A model generated the notes under the pieces. The model worked only from the letters and a program-made list of their open reading frames with translations. It was not told the DNA's origin and did not search any database. A DNA stretch of 60,787 nt, taken from IMG/VR virus record IMGVR_UViG_3300044823_000252, positions 1 through 60,787 of that record; one strand, given 5' to 3'. The translations under genes were made by a program, and so were the position numbers. The DNA comes from a virus (Duplodnaviria > Caudoviricetes). Of this stretch, positions 1 to 9,502 are shown piece by piece. Every line of letters begins with the position of its first letter. Within the stretch, counting starts at the first letter, position 1.

Positions 1-95
1 GGTCGCCGTCGTACTGCGCGGTATCGTGTGGCGGTGCGCCGCTCGAGATCGTCAAGCAGTACGTCGCGGCCCAGAGGGGCTCCTCCCCACCCTAA
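1..95 (+). CDS. tnpA: IS200-family Y1 transposase TnpA, C-terminal fragment
   Basis: Frame from nt 3 reads SPSYCAVSCGGAPLEIVKQYVAAQRGSSPP*, close to the complete TnpA at 32920-33336 (WSPSYCIISAGGAPIEILRQYVENQ). Confidence 0.9.
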   Translation, partial: SPSYCAVSCGGAPLEIVKQYVAAQRGSSPP

Positions 96-123
96 AGGAC
101 GGGGTTTCCGCCCCGGTTATTCG
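1..123 (-). mobile_element. Partial IS200/IS605-family element (left end plus tnpA 3' end), cut by the contig edge
   Basis: Carries a tnpA C-terminus and a subterminal hairpin (85-104, ccccaccctaaaggacgggg). On the minus strand, guide tetramer GAAA precedes the hairpin and target tetramer TCAT (124-127) abuts the end, as the IS608-type guide/cleavage pairing rule predicts. Confidence 0.85.
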
Positions 124-513
124 ATGACAACCCGAAAACGGGTCGTCGAGGCCACGCGCAAGCGACAGGCGCCACAAGTCCGTGCCATCAAGGCGCTCGT
201 GCTGTCCGACGAGGATCCGTACACGTCCTGGATGGACGACCCGGAGAACACCGACCGCCGCGAGGCGTACGAGAACGGCGACTTCGTATTCATCGGCGTG
301 AGAGCCGAGGCCGAGATCGTGGTCGATGGTGTCATCCAGCACATCACGAGCGGTGGGCTGTGGGGTATCGAGAGCGACTCGGGTGAGGAGTACATCCGGG
401 TGATCGCAGCCGAGGAGTACGCCGACCTCCGTAAGATCCTGACGTCGATCGGCGTACCGACGTCGCAACTGCCAACAGAGTTCGACCCGAAGTGGGTCGA
501 GTGGAGAGTCTAA
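124..513 (+). CDS. Hypothetical phage protein
   Basis: ATG at 124 directly after the IS end; first gene of a coupled operon. The ORF-track extension to nt 28 is IS sequence. Confidence 0.7.
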   Translation: MTTRKRVVEATRKRQAPQVRAIKALVLSDEDPYTSWMDDPENTDRREAYENGDFVFIGVRAEAEIVVDGVIQHITSGGLWGIESDSGEEYIRVIAAEEYADLRKILTSIGVPTSQLPTEFDPKWVEWRV

Positions 514-514
514 G

Positions 515-916
515 ATGGCTGGAGCTAGCGCGAAGGGGATCCGATCGTACGGACCTGGCAAGTTCTACACGCTCCTCGACAGCTTCGCCTTCGAGATGAC
601 GCTCAACGGCGGCGTCGACGAGGAGGCTAGCTACGGCGAGGGTGGCGGTTGGTACGGGCTCGTGTGGATCAACGACGACGCCCGTGAGCAGATCTGTGAG
701 ATCGCTAAGGAGGAGAAGGATCCTCTTACCGAGGAAGAGCAGGATCTGCTCGACGAGAGTCTGGCTGTCATCTTCTTCGAGCGGTCGGACGGCATCGTCG
801 AGGCCGACTGGTTCGACTCCAAGAAGGAGGCCGAGCAAGCGTGGGCCGAGATCCTCGTCGACACGGAGGAGGAAGAGGAAGAGGAAGAGGAAGAAGACGA
901 GGAGGAAGAAGGATGA
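515..916 (+). CDS. Hypothetical acidic protein with poly-Glu tail
   Basis: 133 aa, coupled to neighbours (ATGA overlap at 913-916). Confidence 0.75.
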   Translation: MAGASAKGIRSYGPGKFYTLLDSFAFEMTLNGGVDEEASYGEGGGWYGLVWINDDAREQICEIAKEEKDPLTEEEQDLLDESLAVIFFERSDGIVEADWFDSKKEAEQAWAEILVDTEEEEEEEEEEDEEEEG

Positions 917-1626
917 CTCGCCGCCGCACCGTACACGCCGCCGACTCCGTCGACTTCGACGACGAGGACTCCGTGCTCGCCGAGATGGCGCGCGAGCTCG
1001 ACATCGATCCCGACGAGCTCCGGATCAAGGAGAGCCACCTCGGCGACTTCGGCGCCGGCACGGTCTACGAGGTCACGATCCGCGGCTCCAAGAACGGCGG
1101 CAAGGAGTGGCACGTCGTCGCCGACGATGACCAGGAGCGCAAGCTCGCGCTAGCGATCGTCAAGCAGGATCTCGAAGAGAGCCCCGAGATCTTCAACCAG
1201 GACTTCATCGAGTCGCACATCGACATGGACCGGTTGAAGCGCGACCTCGAGAGCGACCTGCAGAGTCAGAACGAGGAGACCCTGCGCGACATGCGCGACC
1301 GCGAGTTCTGGCGCGAGTGGGAGCGCGAGGGGTTCGACACGCCCGAGGAGGACGAGGACGGCGACGTTCCGTCACCCGACGAGGACCAGATCGTCGAGCT
1401 CGCCGAGCGACAGACCGAGGAGCAGCTCAAGGATCCGATGAGCTACCTCGAAGACATCTACGGCCGCGAGGACGCCGTCAAGAAGGCGATCGATATCGCC
1501 GGCATCGACGTGGACGCCGCCGCCGAGGACGCGGTCGACACGGACGGCGCGGCGCACTTCCTGTCGTCGTACGACAGCAACTCGTACGTCACGAAGGGCG
1601 GGCTCGTGTACTGGAGGCAGAACTGA
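913..1626 (+). CDS. Hypothetical highly acidic protein
   Basis: ATG 913 overlaps the previous stop; D/E-rich; ends AAHFLSSYDSNSY..YWRQN. Confidence 0.75.
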   Translation: MTRRRTVHAADSVDFDDEDSVLAEMARELDIDPDELRIKESHLGDFGAGTVYEVTIRGSKNGGKEWHVVADDDQERKLALAIVKQDLEESPEIFNQDFIESHIDMDRLKRDLESDLQSQNEETLRDMRDREFWREWEREGFDTPEEDEDGDVPSPDEDQIVELAERQTEEQLKDPMSYLEDIYGREDAVKKAIDIAGIDVDAAAEDAVDTDGAAHFLSSYDSNSYVTKGGLVYWRQN

Positions 1627-2597
1627 TGGCTGCGTTCACCCGCCAGCACTACGTCGAAGTCGCGCGCATCTTGAGCGGTGTCCGCGACCCCCGCGAGAAA
1701 CAGCGACTCGCCGATGAATTCGGTCGGATGTTCCAGAAGGACAACCCGGCCTTCGATGGCGACCGGTTCGCGAAGGCGGTCCACCAGGGTCGGACCGACG
1801 CGGGCATCAACGTGCGCGAAGGGGTCGAGGAATCGAAAGCGCTGACGGCGGCCCGCGCCAAGCTCGCCGCGCACGGCTACTCGATCCAGAAGACCGAGTA
1901 TGGCGACTACCGCGTTTACCCGAAGGGCAGCCGCCGGCCGGACGAGGGGTACTTCACCGACAACCTCGACGACGCCGTGGCGACCGGCATCCAGATGGCC
2001 ACTGACGGCGGTGACCATCTCGTGCATGCGGCCCGCCGAACCGCCAGGCCCGCGCCCCGCGAGGCGGACGCAGGTTTCGCCATCAGCGTCAACGACCAGC
2101 GTGACATCGAGGACAACGCCCATTCGACGTTCGGGCCCAAGCACGGCGAGCAGGAAGATCGTGACCGAGCGATGAAGGCTGGGGTCGTTGATTCGGAAGG
2201 TCGGATCACCCAGAAGGGGTGGGACCAGCTCGGCAACGACATCACCCGGATCGAGCGCAACTCGATGGCCTGGATGCGTAAGACGTTCGTGAGCGCCCGC
2301 GACGAAGGGCACGACAAGTACTCCGACCTCACGGGCTCCTTCTGGTTCGATCCCGCCAACCACGAGCAGGCTCGACTCGTCGAGCTGGCCGCAGACACGG
2401 GGCGCCAGGAGCGCATCGACATGCAGGACTCCAGCTACGGCGACCTCGCGAACGCGGCATTCACCGGTGTGAGCGACTTCGGTAGCTCCGTGCTCGGCGG
2501 CTCCATCACCTTCTTCGATGTGAAGCCTGAAGATATGGACGCACTCGTGGCGACGCTCGATCGGGTCGATCGACAGCCCAAAGGGAGCAAACGATGA
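1626..2597 (+). CDS. Modular hypothetical phage protein
   Basis: ATG 1626 overlaps the previous TGA; N-terminal TRQHY..DNPAFDGDRF small phage domain plus further modules. Confidence 0.7.
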   Translation: MAAFTRQHYVEVARILSGVRDPREKQRLADEFGRMFQKDNPAFDGDRFAKAVHQGRTDAGINVREGVEESKALTAARAKLAAHGYSIQKTEYGDYRVYPKGSRRPDEGYFTDNLDDAVATGIQMATDGGDHLVHAARRTARPAPREADAGFAISVNDQRDIEDNAHSTFGPKHGEQEDRDRAMKAGVVDSEGRITQKGWDQLGNDITRIERNSMAWMRKTFVSARDEGHDKYSDLTGSFWFDPANHEQARLVELAADTGRQERIDMQDSSYGDLANAAFTGVSDFGSSVLGGSITFFDVKPEDMDALVATLDRVDRQPKGSKR

Positions 2598-3502
2598 CTC
2601 GTCACACGATGCGCGCACGACGAGGCCAGCAACACCTCCCTGGTATCGAACGCGGCGCCGAGCCCGTCGAGATCGAGATTCCCACGATGGGCTGGGAGCA
2701 GATCAATGGAGACAGGGACCCAGGGGCGTACGGCGGCACCATCGCCACCGGCGACGGGGACCACCTGGAGCTGATCAAGATCCAGCCGGTCCGCGAGTAC
2801 GTCGGCGACGGCGAGGCGAAAGATGTCGGCTTCCCGTTCTGGACGCGCACCGCGTACTTCGACCTCGCTGACCTCGATCCGAACAGCGACGACGTCAAGG
2901 GCGCCATGAGCTACGTCGGCCTCGACCTGGACGCTCTCGACGAGATGAAGCCCGAGTATCGCGCGGTCGCACTCGCGGACGCTCTGCTCGACTACGGCCG
3001 AGCCGACGAGGGGCCCAGCGGGTGGTCGGCGGACATCGGCATCCCCGAGAAGGTGAAGTGGTCGAGCGGCGAAGTTGCTGGGTCCGAGTACCTCGCCGAC
3101 GAGGACGACGCGTTCGTTCGTGAAGTGCTGCTCGCCGACATCGACGTGGACTACGAGAAGTACGGGCCCGACGAGAAAGAACCCACGAGTGGGCTGAAGG
3201 TCCATGTCCGCGGGTCCACCGTGGAGATCACGGAGTGGACCGACATCGAGGCTGCCAACGGTGAGGAGCAGCCGGAGGGCGAGAAGATCGTCAAGCAGTA
3301 CGCGGAGGTCGAACTCGACGAGCTGTTCGATCCGAAAGGCAAGCACCGCGGCGCGTACAGCGGCGACGCGGGCGGCGAATCGCTCGTGGACCTGGCGAAG
3401 ATGGACCCGGAGGATCAGGAGGACGCCATCGTCTCGGCGGCGATCTCCTACCTGGCCTACTTCGGTGGCGAAGAGGAATTCGTAGACGAGATCGGTGATT
3501 GA
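2594..3502 (+). CDS. Hypothetical acidic protein
   Basis: 302 aa, ATGA-coupled to the previous gene. Confidence 0.75.
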   Translation: MTRHTMRARRGQQHLPGIERGAEPVEIEIPTMGWEQINGDRDPGAYGGTIATGDGDHLELIKIQPVREYVGDGEAKDVGFPFWTRTAYFDLADLDPNSDDVKGAMSYVGLDLDALDEMKPEYRAVALADALLDYGRADEGPSGWSADIGIPEKVKWSSGEVAGSEYLADEDDAFVREVLLADIDVDYEKYGPDEKEPTSGLKVHVRGSTVEITEWTDIEAANGEEQPEGEKIVKQYAEVELDELFDPKGKHRGAYSGDAGGESLVDLAKMDPEDQEDAIVSAAISYLAYFGGEEEFVDEIGD

Positions 3503-3515
3503 AGAGGAGAGGGCG

Positions 3516-4094
3516 ATGCCGGAAGGACGCGTACGCAAGCCGATTGCCGATCTGATCGGAGAGTTGAAGTCGTGGCTCCCGAACTACGACCACGGGCCGA
3601 ACGACTACCCGACGCTGCTCTGGCGCATCCTGGCGAGCACGCCAGGCGGCGACGAAGCGGAGGACATGGGCTACGAGCCGTTCCAGCTCGGGTGGCAGGA
3701 GGTCGACCAGCTCGGTCGCGTGCTCGTCGCCATCCAGGACAAGCGCGACGTCGAGGACCTCATCGCGGGTCTGCTCGCTGACGGGGAGGAGGGGGAGGTC
3801 GACGAGGCGCGGCGCCGCAACCATCCGCCGTACGGCGACAAGCGGGACTACCCGAAGATCGACATCTACGTCGACGGTCAGTACGTCGCCACGACGACGT
3901 GGGCGAGCACGGTCAAGCAAGCCGTCGAGCAGTACGTCGCCAGGAACAATGTGGGATCGGACAGGGTGACCGCCCACTTCCAGGAGTCCCGTCACTCGAC
4001 CCGCGAGGCGAGGAACCCGTTCTCGCGCCCGGTACGCGAGCCTACCCGGGGTCGCACTGAGCTGGCAGCCCGCCGCCCGCCGAAGAGGCGCTGA
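3516..4094 (+). CDS. Modular hypothetical protein
   Basis: GAGGAG RBS before ATG 3516; two modules joined by EVDEARRR. Confidence 0.7.
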   Translation: MPEGRVRKPIADLIGELKSWLPNYDHGPNDYPTLLWRILASTPGGDEAEDMGYEPFQLGWQEVDQLGRVLVAIQDKRDVEDLIAGLLADGEEGEVDEARRRNHPPYGDKRDYPKIDIYVDGQYVATTTWASTVKQAVEQYVARNNVGSDRVTAHFQESRHSTREARNPFSRPVREPTRGRTELAARRPPKRR

Positions 4095-5779
4095 TGCCCC
4101 GCAAGCGAGACGCGTTCACGCTCGCGTACGTCGAGGCGATGCTCTGGTCCTCCATGGACAACGCCGACGAGCAGGGCGGCGAGCCGCTCGACGCGAACTA
4201 CGGTCCCGAGGACATCGCGCCCGAGACGATGGAGCTCATCGTCGAGGACTGCGCTCGCTTCCAGCAAGAGAACGCTGAATTGCTAGAGCAGGCATACGAT
4301 CAGCGGATGGTGGACGACCCGCGACGCGTAGGCGGCCCCGGTCCAGGTGACTACGATAGTGAACAGGCTGGTCAAGATTTCTGGCTCACGCGCGGTGGCC
4401 ACGGCGCCGGATTTTGGGATCGCAAACTCGGCGATGTCGGCGACGAGCTGACGAAGGCCGCCGAATCCTACGGCAGCTTCGACCTGCAGGTCGACGACGG
4501 CGTCATCTACGGTCCGCCGCCGGACTGGTACCGCGAGCATCGAAAACCGGCTCCCACCGCAAACGAAGCGCGCCGGACGCGCCACATAGTGCGCGACTTC
4601 GGCACGCTCCCCGAGCTCGTCGAGCACGCGGGGCGGCAGGAGGGGGCCACGCACGTCGTAGTCCTCGGCAAGAAGGCGTCGCTCTTCTACCCGACGGGCC
4701 GGTACTGGCCGAGCGGCGAGCCGCAGTACGAGGCCGGAAAGGTGTGGCACCAGGGCGGCTACTGGCACTCCGTTGCGCCGTCCGCGCGCAGCCCGCTCAC
4801 CGGCGGGCTGCCTGGCGGTACCGAGACGATCGAGGCGTACCTAGCGAAGACGGGTCAGCGCACCGCAGAAGCCAAGCGGAGCGGTCGATCGCGCGGAACG
4901 ACCAAGAGCGCGGCGCAGGTCGCCGAGGAGCTCTCGAAGAGGGTCGGTGGGTCCACCCCGAAGCCCGTCCGTGGCGGTGCAGTGCAGTTCACGACCTACA
5001 GTCCCGAGTACAGCCAAAAGATCGTCGTCGTCGTGGATGCATTCAACGAGGGTGGCGTGTCGCTGTCCGTCTTCTCCGACGAGGGCCTGTCCGAGACTGC
5101 CAGGTACGAGAACATCTCCGACTTCACGTACGGACCGGGCGGCTACACGTCGCACCAGGTCGACCTCGACCATATGGTCGAGGACGTCGACTGGGTCAAG
5201 TCGACCGTCGACGGGTACGCGGCGAGCTGGCAGGAAGCCGGAGGTGAGGTGGACGAGTCGCGCGGCGTGGTCCGCGAGACCTGGGTCCCACCCAATCTCG
5301 CTCGCGACGGCATCACGCCCACCATGCTCGAGACACTCATCGGAGGCGTCGGCGGCCTCGCGAGGATCCGCCCGGGTAAGTCGGTCGTCTACGACCGGGC
5401 GTACGCGAAGCTCCGCGATGGCGGCTACGTCGTGCTCGTGCGCGCGACGCCAGGAACATCACCCGGCGGCGACTACTACGCGCTCACCGACAAGGGCGCC
5501 GACCTCGTACGGCGCTACAGGCTCGAGGTGCGCAAGGTGGGCGCGACGTGGGGCAGCAAAGTGCATGAGACTCGGCGTGGACCAGAGCCGGTCAGCGACC
5601 CGTTCTACGTCATCCAGCAGCTGTACTCGGACGGTCACCTGTCGGATGGCGAGTTCGGTTTCGACGACGAGGGGATCGCTCTCGATGAGGCTAAGAAGCT
5701 ACTCAGGTTACCTCACTTCAAAGGTGACTACGTGCGGGTGATCACGCGCGACGGTGAGCTCGTCTGGGACTCACGATGA
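4094..5779 (+). CDS. Multi-domain (polyvalent-like) hypothetical phage protein
   Basis: 561 aa; N-terminal YVEAMLWSS..AGQDFWLTRGGHGAGFWDR domain, then several modules separated by xE(A/S/T)R linkers. Confidence 0.75.
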   Translation: MPRKRDAFTLAYVEAMLWSSMDNADEQGGEPLDANYGPEDIAPETMELIVEDCARFQQENAELLEQAYDQRMVDDPRRVGGPGPGDYDSEQAGQDFWLTRGGHGAGFWDRKLGDVGDELTKAAESYGSFDLQVDDGVIYGPPPDWYREHRKPAPTANEARRTRHIVRDFGTLPELVEHAGRQEGATHVVVLGKKASLFYPTGRYWPSGEPQYEAGKVWHQGGYWHSVAPSARSPLTGGLPGGTETIEAYLAKTGQRTAEAKRSGRSRGTTKSAAQVAEELSKRVGGSTPKPVRGGAVQFTTYSPEYSQKIVVVVDAFNEGGVSLSVFSDEGLSETARYENISDFTYGPGGYTSHQVDLDHMVEDVDWVKSTVDGYAASWQEAGGEVDESRGVVRETWVPPNLARDGITPTMLETLIGGVGGLARIRPGKSVVYDRAYAKLRDGGYVVLVRATPGTSPGGDYYALTDKGADLVRRYRLEVRKVGATWGSKVHETRRGPEPVSDPFYVIQQLYSDGHLSDGEFGFDDEGIALDEAKKLLRLPHFKGDYVRVITRDGELVWDSR

Positions 5780-7260
5780 GCCTGAACGCCAACGAGTTTG
5801 TCGCGCTCCTCTCGTCGCTGGCGCCCGGCGACAGGCGGACGGTCGCCCGCTTCCAGCCGAGCCTCGGCGGCGAGCGCGGCGGCGGCAGCGTCTACGTGAA
5901 CTTCGTCAACCTCCCGCCCGACGTCGGGGGCTCGGGAGGTGGTGCGGAGGCCGAGAACAACCGCGCGTCGTTCTGGGTCAACGGGTTCGCCCACGACCCG
6001 ACCGTACCCGCCGCTACGGTCAAGGTCGAGCAGGCTGCCAGCGTGTTCCACCGCCCGTGGCTCGGCGCGCCTGGCGTCCCGTTCCGAGCGAAGAGCGGGT
6101 CGCCCGAGGTCGTGGCACGCTATCTAGCCGCGTACCTGGCGAGGGTCGCCAGTGCGGTGCCGCCGCGCTTCACGCACTCCCTCCAAGAGGGAAACCGCCA
6201 GACCTTCGACGTCTGGTGGATGGAGAGGGACGCGTGGGCGATCTACGCGTCGAACCTCTCACGCTCTAAGGCCGACGCGCTGGCCAGGCGCGTGAAGTAC
6301 GAGCTGGCCCCGCGGTGGGGGCTGCCGAACGTGCCCACGCGCGTCGTGCCGCACGGGGAGCCGGTCGTGGGCGAGGCGCGTGGTGAGGTAGGATCGAGCA
6401 CAGAGGAGACCGTCATGAGTCGCAAGCCCAGCAAGTCCCGCCGCGAGCCCACTCCGGAGGAGGAGGGAGCGCAGATCCTCGAGCAAGCCGAGAAGGCCGG
6501 AGCCGACTACGCCAGAGAGCAGGTGAACGGCGAACACTTCCGCGACTGGGTCAACGACCAGCTCGCTGAGGCCGAGCGGATGCGCGCTTCCGACCCGGAC
6601 AGCGTCTTCCCGTCCGACACGCCGGACGGTGCGAAGAGGGCCGCCCGGAACATGCTCCAACAGCTCGAGTGGGACACCGATCGCCAGATGGACACAAGCG
6701 AGGTGTTGGAACTCAGCGGGGCTGCTGGCGTGTTCGGTGCTGGAAGCGCTGACTGGGTGCGCGACACGTACGGCATCACCGAGAAGGAGGTCACCAACAC
6801 CTTCTTCAAGGCCTTCAAGGAGGAGCTACGCACGCCGTCCATCCGGACGTGGTTGACCGACCTGGTGCTCGAGACGAGCGAGCAGGTCAAGCCGAGTGGC
6901 GGCGCGCAGGAGCGACGGAGATCCGTCGTCCGCGACTACGTCCCCGTCGACTCCCGCGGCCGCCCGCTCTCTCCGCCGACCTCGGACTACGAGAAGGCGA
7001 AGCGTCAGCCGGACAAGGCCGGCGGCGTCGTCAAGTTCAAGGTCGGTCGCCAGTCGGCCGCACACGAGGCCCACCGCGTCCGCGACTACGTCCCGGTCGA
7101 CACGCGTGGACGCCCCCTGTCGCCCCCGACCAAGGACTACAGCGAGGCGAAGAAGAAGGCGGACCGCGCGGGCGGCGTCGTCAAGTTCGCCGTAGGGCGC
7201 AGCGCCAGCGAGCGGCACCCACGCAGGCTGAGTGCTAGTCGGCGCCCACGCGGCCGCTGA
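5776..7260 (+). CDS. Multi-domain hypothetical protein with C-terminal tandem duplication
   Basis: 494 aa; last gene of the operon; two ~41-aa VRDYVPVD..GGVVKF.VGR repeats. Confidence 0.75.
   Translation: MSLNANEFVALLSSLAPGDRRTVARFQPSLGGERGGGSVYVNFVNLPPDVGGSGGGAEAENNRASFWVNGFAHDPTVPAATVKVEQAASVFHRPWLGAPGVPFRAKSGSPEVVARYLAAYLARVASAVPPRFTHSLQEGNRQTFDVWWMERDAWAIYASNLSRSKADALARRVKYELAPRWGLPNVPTRVVPHGEPVVGEARGEVGSSTEETVMSRKPSKSRREPTPEEEGAQILEQAEKAGADYAREQVNGEHFRDWVNDQLAEAERMRASDPDSVFPSDTPDGAKRAARNMLQQLEWDTDRQMDTSEVLELSGAAGVFGAGSADWVRDTYGITEKEVTNTFFKAFKEELRTPSIRTWLTDLVLETSEQVKPSGGAQERRRSVVRDYVPVDSRGRPLSPPTSDYEKAKRQPDKAGGVVKFKVGRQSAAHEAHRVRDYVPVDTRGRPLSPPTKDYSEAKKKADRAGGVVKFAVGRSASERHPRRLSASRRPRGR
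6928..7200 (+). repeat. Intragenic duplication, 2 x ~123 bp at 150-bp period
   Basis: 6928-7050 and 7078-7200 encode near-identical peptides. Confidence 0.9.
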
Positions 7261-7278
7261 CCGGAACCTCCCCGATCA

Positions 7279-7306
7279 CCCGCGGAGCCGGAGTGGCCTC
7301 CGCGGG
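7279..7306. terminator. GC-rich hairpin between convergent operons
   Basis: cccgcggag-N10-ctccgcggg, 9-bp stem; no U-tract. Confidence 0.4.
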
Positions 7307-7401
7307 CACTGGCACCGAAGCCGCGCGGGGAGTCGCTGCCTTCGCGCGATGCTGGTTCGCCTTCGCCGGAACGGCCGCGATCGTGTAGCTCACGCGGAGT
7401 T

Positions 7402-7429
7402 ATGCTAGTATGACATACTAACCTGTCAA
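7402..7429 (-). promoter_or_regulatory. Sigma70-like promoter with palindromic operator in the spacer
   Basis: Minus strand TTGACA-N16-TAGCAT; perfect palindrome TAGTATG-A-CATACTA at 7406-7420. Confidence 0.55.
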
Positions 7430-7833
7430 GAGCAGCACTCGCACGAGCAGTCGCCGTTGACGAAGGCGTAGCAGCCCTCGTCCGCGCGCCCGCAGTGCCG
7501 CTTGCTCGCGCGCGGCACGGTACCGACCGGCTTGGGCAGCGGCGGCGGGCGCTTGGGTAGATCCCTGAGTACCGGCGGCGTCGGTACCTCCCGGCCGCGC
7601 GGGACTAGCCCGCGGCTGACCAGGTTCGCGTACTGCGGGGCGACCCGCTCGCGGACCGCCGTCGCCCAGTCGCGCTGCGCGTCGGTGAGCTGCTGGAAGC
7701 GCTCGCCGCGCAGGCCGGCGGTCAAGTCGAACCGCATGCTGGCGAACTTCTCGACCTCGACGTCGGTCAGATTGTCGGCGTGCCGGTCGAGGAGCTCGGC
7801 GAGGAGCTCCAGGTCTTCGTCTCGCTGGGTCAT
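7426..7833 (-). CDS. Hypothetical protein (paralog of 45493-45786) with Cys-rich tail
   Basis: MTQRDEDLELL..QLTDAQRDWA; coupled start. Confidence 0.65.
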   Translation of the reverse strand: MTQRDEDLELLAELLDRHADNLTDVEVEKFASMRFDLTAGLRGERFQQLTDAQRDWATAVRERVAPQYANLVSRGLVPRGREVPTPPVLRDLPKRPPPLPKPVGTVPRASKRHCGRADEGCYAFVNGDCSCECCS

Positions 7834-8331
7834 GCGTCGTGGTCCTTGAAGTGGTCGGTGCAGACGATCGAGTCGCGCGGCACCGATCCGCCGCAGAGGC
7901 TGCAGCGTCCGTTGACGGTCCACCAGAGAGACAGGTACCACGGCGGCTCGCGAGCGCTCACCGACTCGTCCCGGAAGATGTAGCTGAGTGTCTTGTGGGC
8001 CACGTACGCGGAGAACCCCGACAGGGCGCCCACCAGCGCGAGCATCGCGAGCCCGCTCCACGGCGGTCCGAGCACCTGGTCCAGCCACGCCGCGAACCTC
8101 ATCGCCCCCTCGCCATCCACGACCGCGGCACCCCGAGCGTCGCGAGCACCTGGTCGAGCGCGGCGCTGCGCGCGCGCTTCTCGCCACGCTCCCGCTCGCC
8201 GAGCCGCATCGCGACGTAGAACGCGCCGAGCTGGCACTGCGATAGGTCTCCGACGTGCGATAGCCAGAACGAGTCGTCGACCTCTCCGTCCATGAGCCGG
8301 TTGAGATTGGGTCCGAAGACCTTTGGATCCA

Positions 8332-8937
8332 TCATCGGATATCTCCATCGAGCGGGAATCGCGCGCACTCCACCCACGCACTCGTCCCGGGATCTGGGTT
8401 GGAGTCGTCAACATCCACCTCGCGCTCGACGACCCACGCGTCCAACTCGGGCACGACGCTCACTCGCACAGCTCGTGCGACGAGCGGACCGTAGAACTTG
8501 TCGATCTCGACGACGTTGTCCGTGCCCACGCATACGCGGACGTCGTACTTCCACCCCCCGACGTGCAGCTCTGGGATCGTCTTGTCGTTGTCGATCCACG
8601 GCCTACCGACCCGCTGCTGCTTGCTGACAGCCGCCTCGATATCAGCGATCCACCGATCTCGCTGCGCCACCTCCTCGCCGCAGAGCCGCACGCAGAGCGC
8701 TCGAACGGCTACGCGCCACTCGTCGAGGTTTTTCTCCACGCGATCCGACGCCGGAGTCTGAGGCGACAGTGGTCCATCCATGATCGTCATGTGCGAGTCA
8801 ACGTACTCGTCGAGGTAGTAGTCCTCTCTCCCGAAGACGCACCACTCGCGACCGCGGCGCTCGATCAGGAACACCTGCGCGTCGCTTCTTCCTTCCGTCC
8901 ACCTAGCCCAGAATACCCCGTCCGCGTGCTCGCTCAT
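8332..8937 (-). CDS. Hypothetical protein
   Basis: 201 aa, within the coupled leftward operon. Confidence 0.65.
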   Translation of the reverse strand: MSEHADGVFWARWTEGRSDAQVFLIERRGREWCVFGREDYYLDEYVDSHMTIMDGPLSPQTPASDRVEKNLDEWRVAVRALCVRLCGEEVAQRDRWIADIEAAVSKQQRVGRPWIDNDKTIPELHVGGWKYDVRVCVGTDNVVEIDKFYGPLVARAVRVSVVPELDAWVVEREVDVDDSNPDPGTSAWVECARFPLDGDIR

Positions 8938-9259
8938 CGAGTGTGCCCTTCCTGATGCTTGCCGCGCCTGCTGCGGAGGTTCCGCTCATTCGGCGGCAGC
9001 CGTCTCCGTCTCGGACCGAGGAAACAGTCCGCACACGTCGAACAGATCCAGCCACCTCTGGTGAAGATGTGCCTGTCGCGGCGCAGCGACCGACCTAGCT
9101 GGATTCTGCGCGGTGACGACAACTCCACGACCGCGCGCAACCACACCGGCCGCCAGCCGGCGTTCATCAGGTGCGTGCAGTGACCGTCGACGGTCTCGCA
9201 CTCCTCAACTTCCGGGTGTTCGAAGATCGCCTGGCAGTGCTCGCATCGGTACGTCCAGC

Positions 9260-9502
9260 TCATAACGCTTTACCGTTCGCGCTCGCGTTCAGATCGACGC
9301 AGATCGTCGACCCACACCGGCAATTCCTGAGCTCGATCCGCTCTACCCAGTCATCATGCACGCCTACGTATTGGAGCTCCCCCCACTCGGCTGCCGTGTA
9401 TCGCGCACCGCACCCGCAGGTCTTGACCACGATGAGGTGAGCGATAGCTTGACAGCGCACGCAGGCCGCCGGGTCGTGCGAGCGATCGACCTCGACGCTC
9501 AC
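9260..9502 (-). CDS. Small Zn-ribbon protein (paralog of 19675-19929)
   Basis: KTCGCG..W..L.YVG.HDD..ELRNCRCGST. Confidence 0.65.
   Translation of the reverse strand: MSVEVDRSHDPAACVRCQAIAHLIVVKTCGCGARYTAAEWGELQYVGVHDDWVERIELRNCRCGSTICVDLNASANGKAL

Noticed and set aside
866-912. GAG/GAA microsatellite as a regulatory repeat
   Set aside because: It simply encodes the poly-Glu tail of ORF 515-916.
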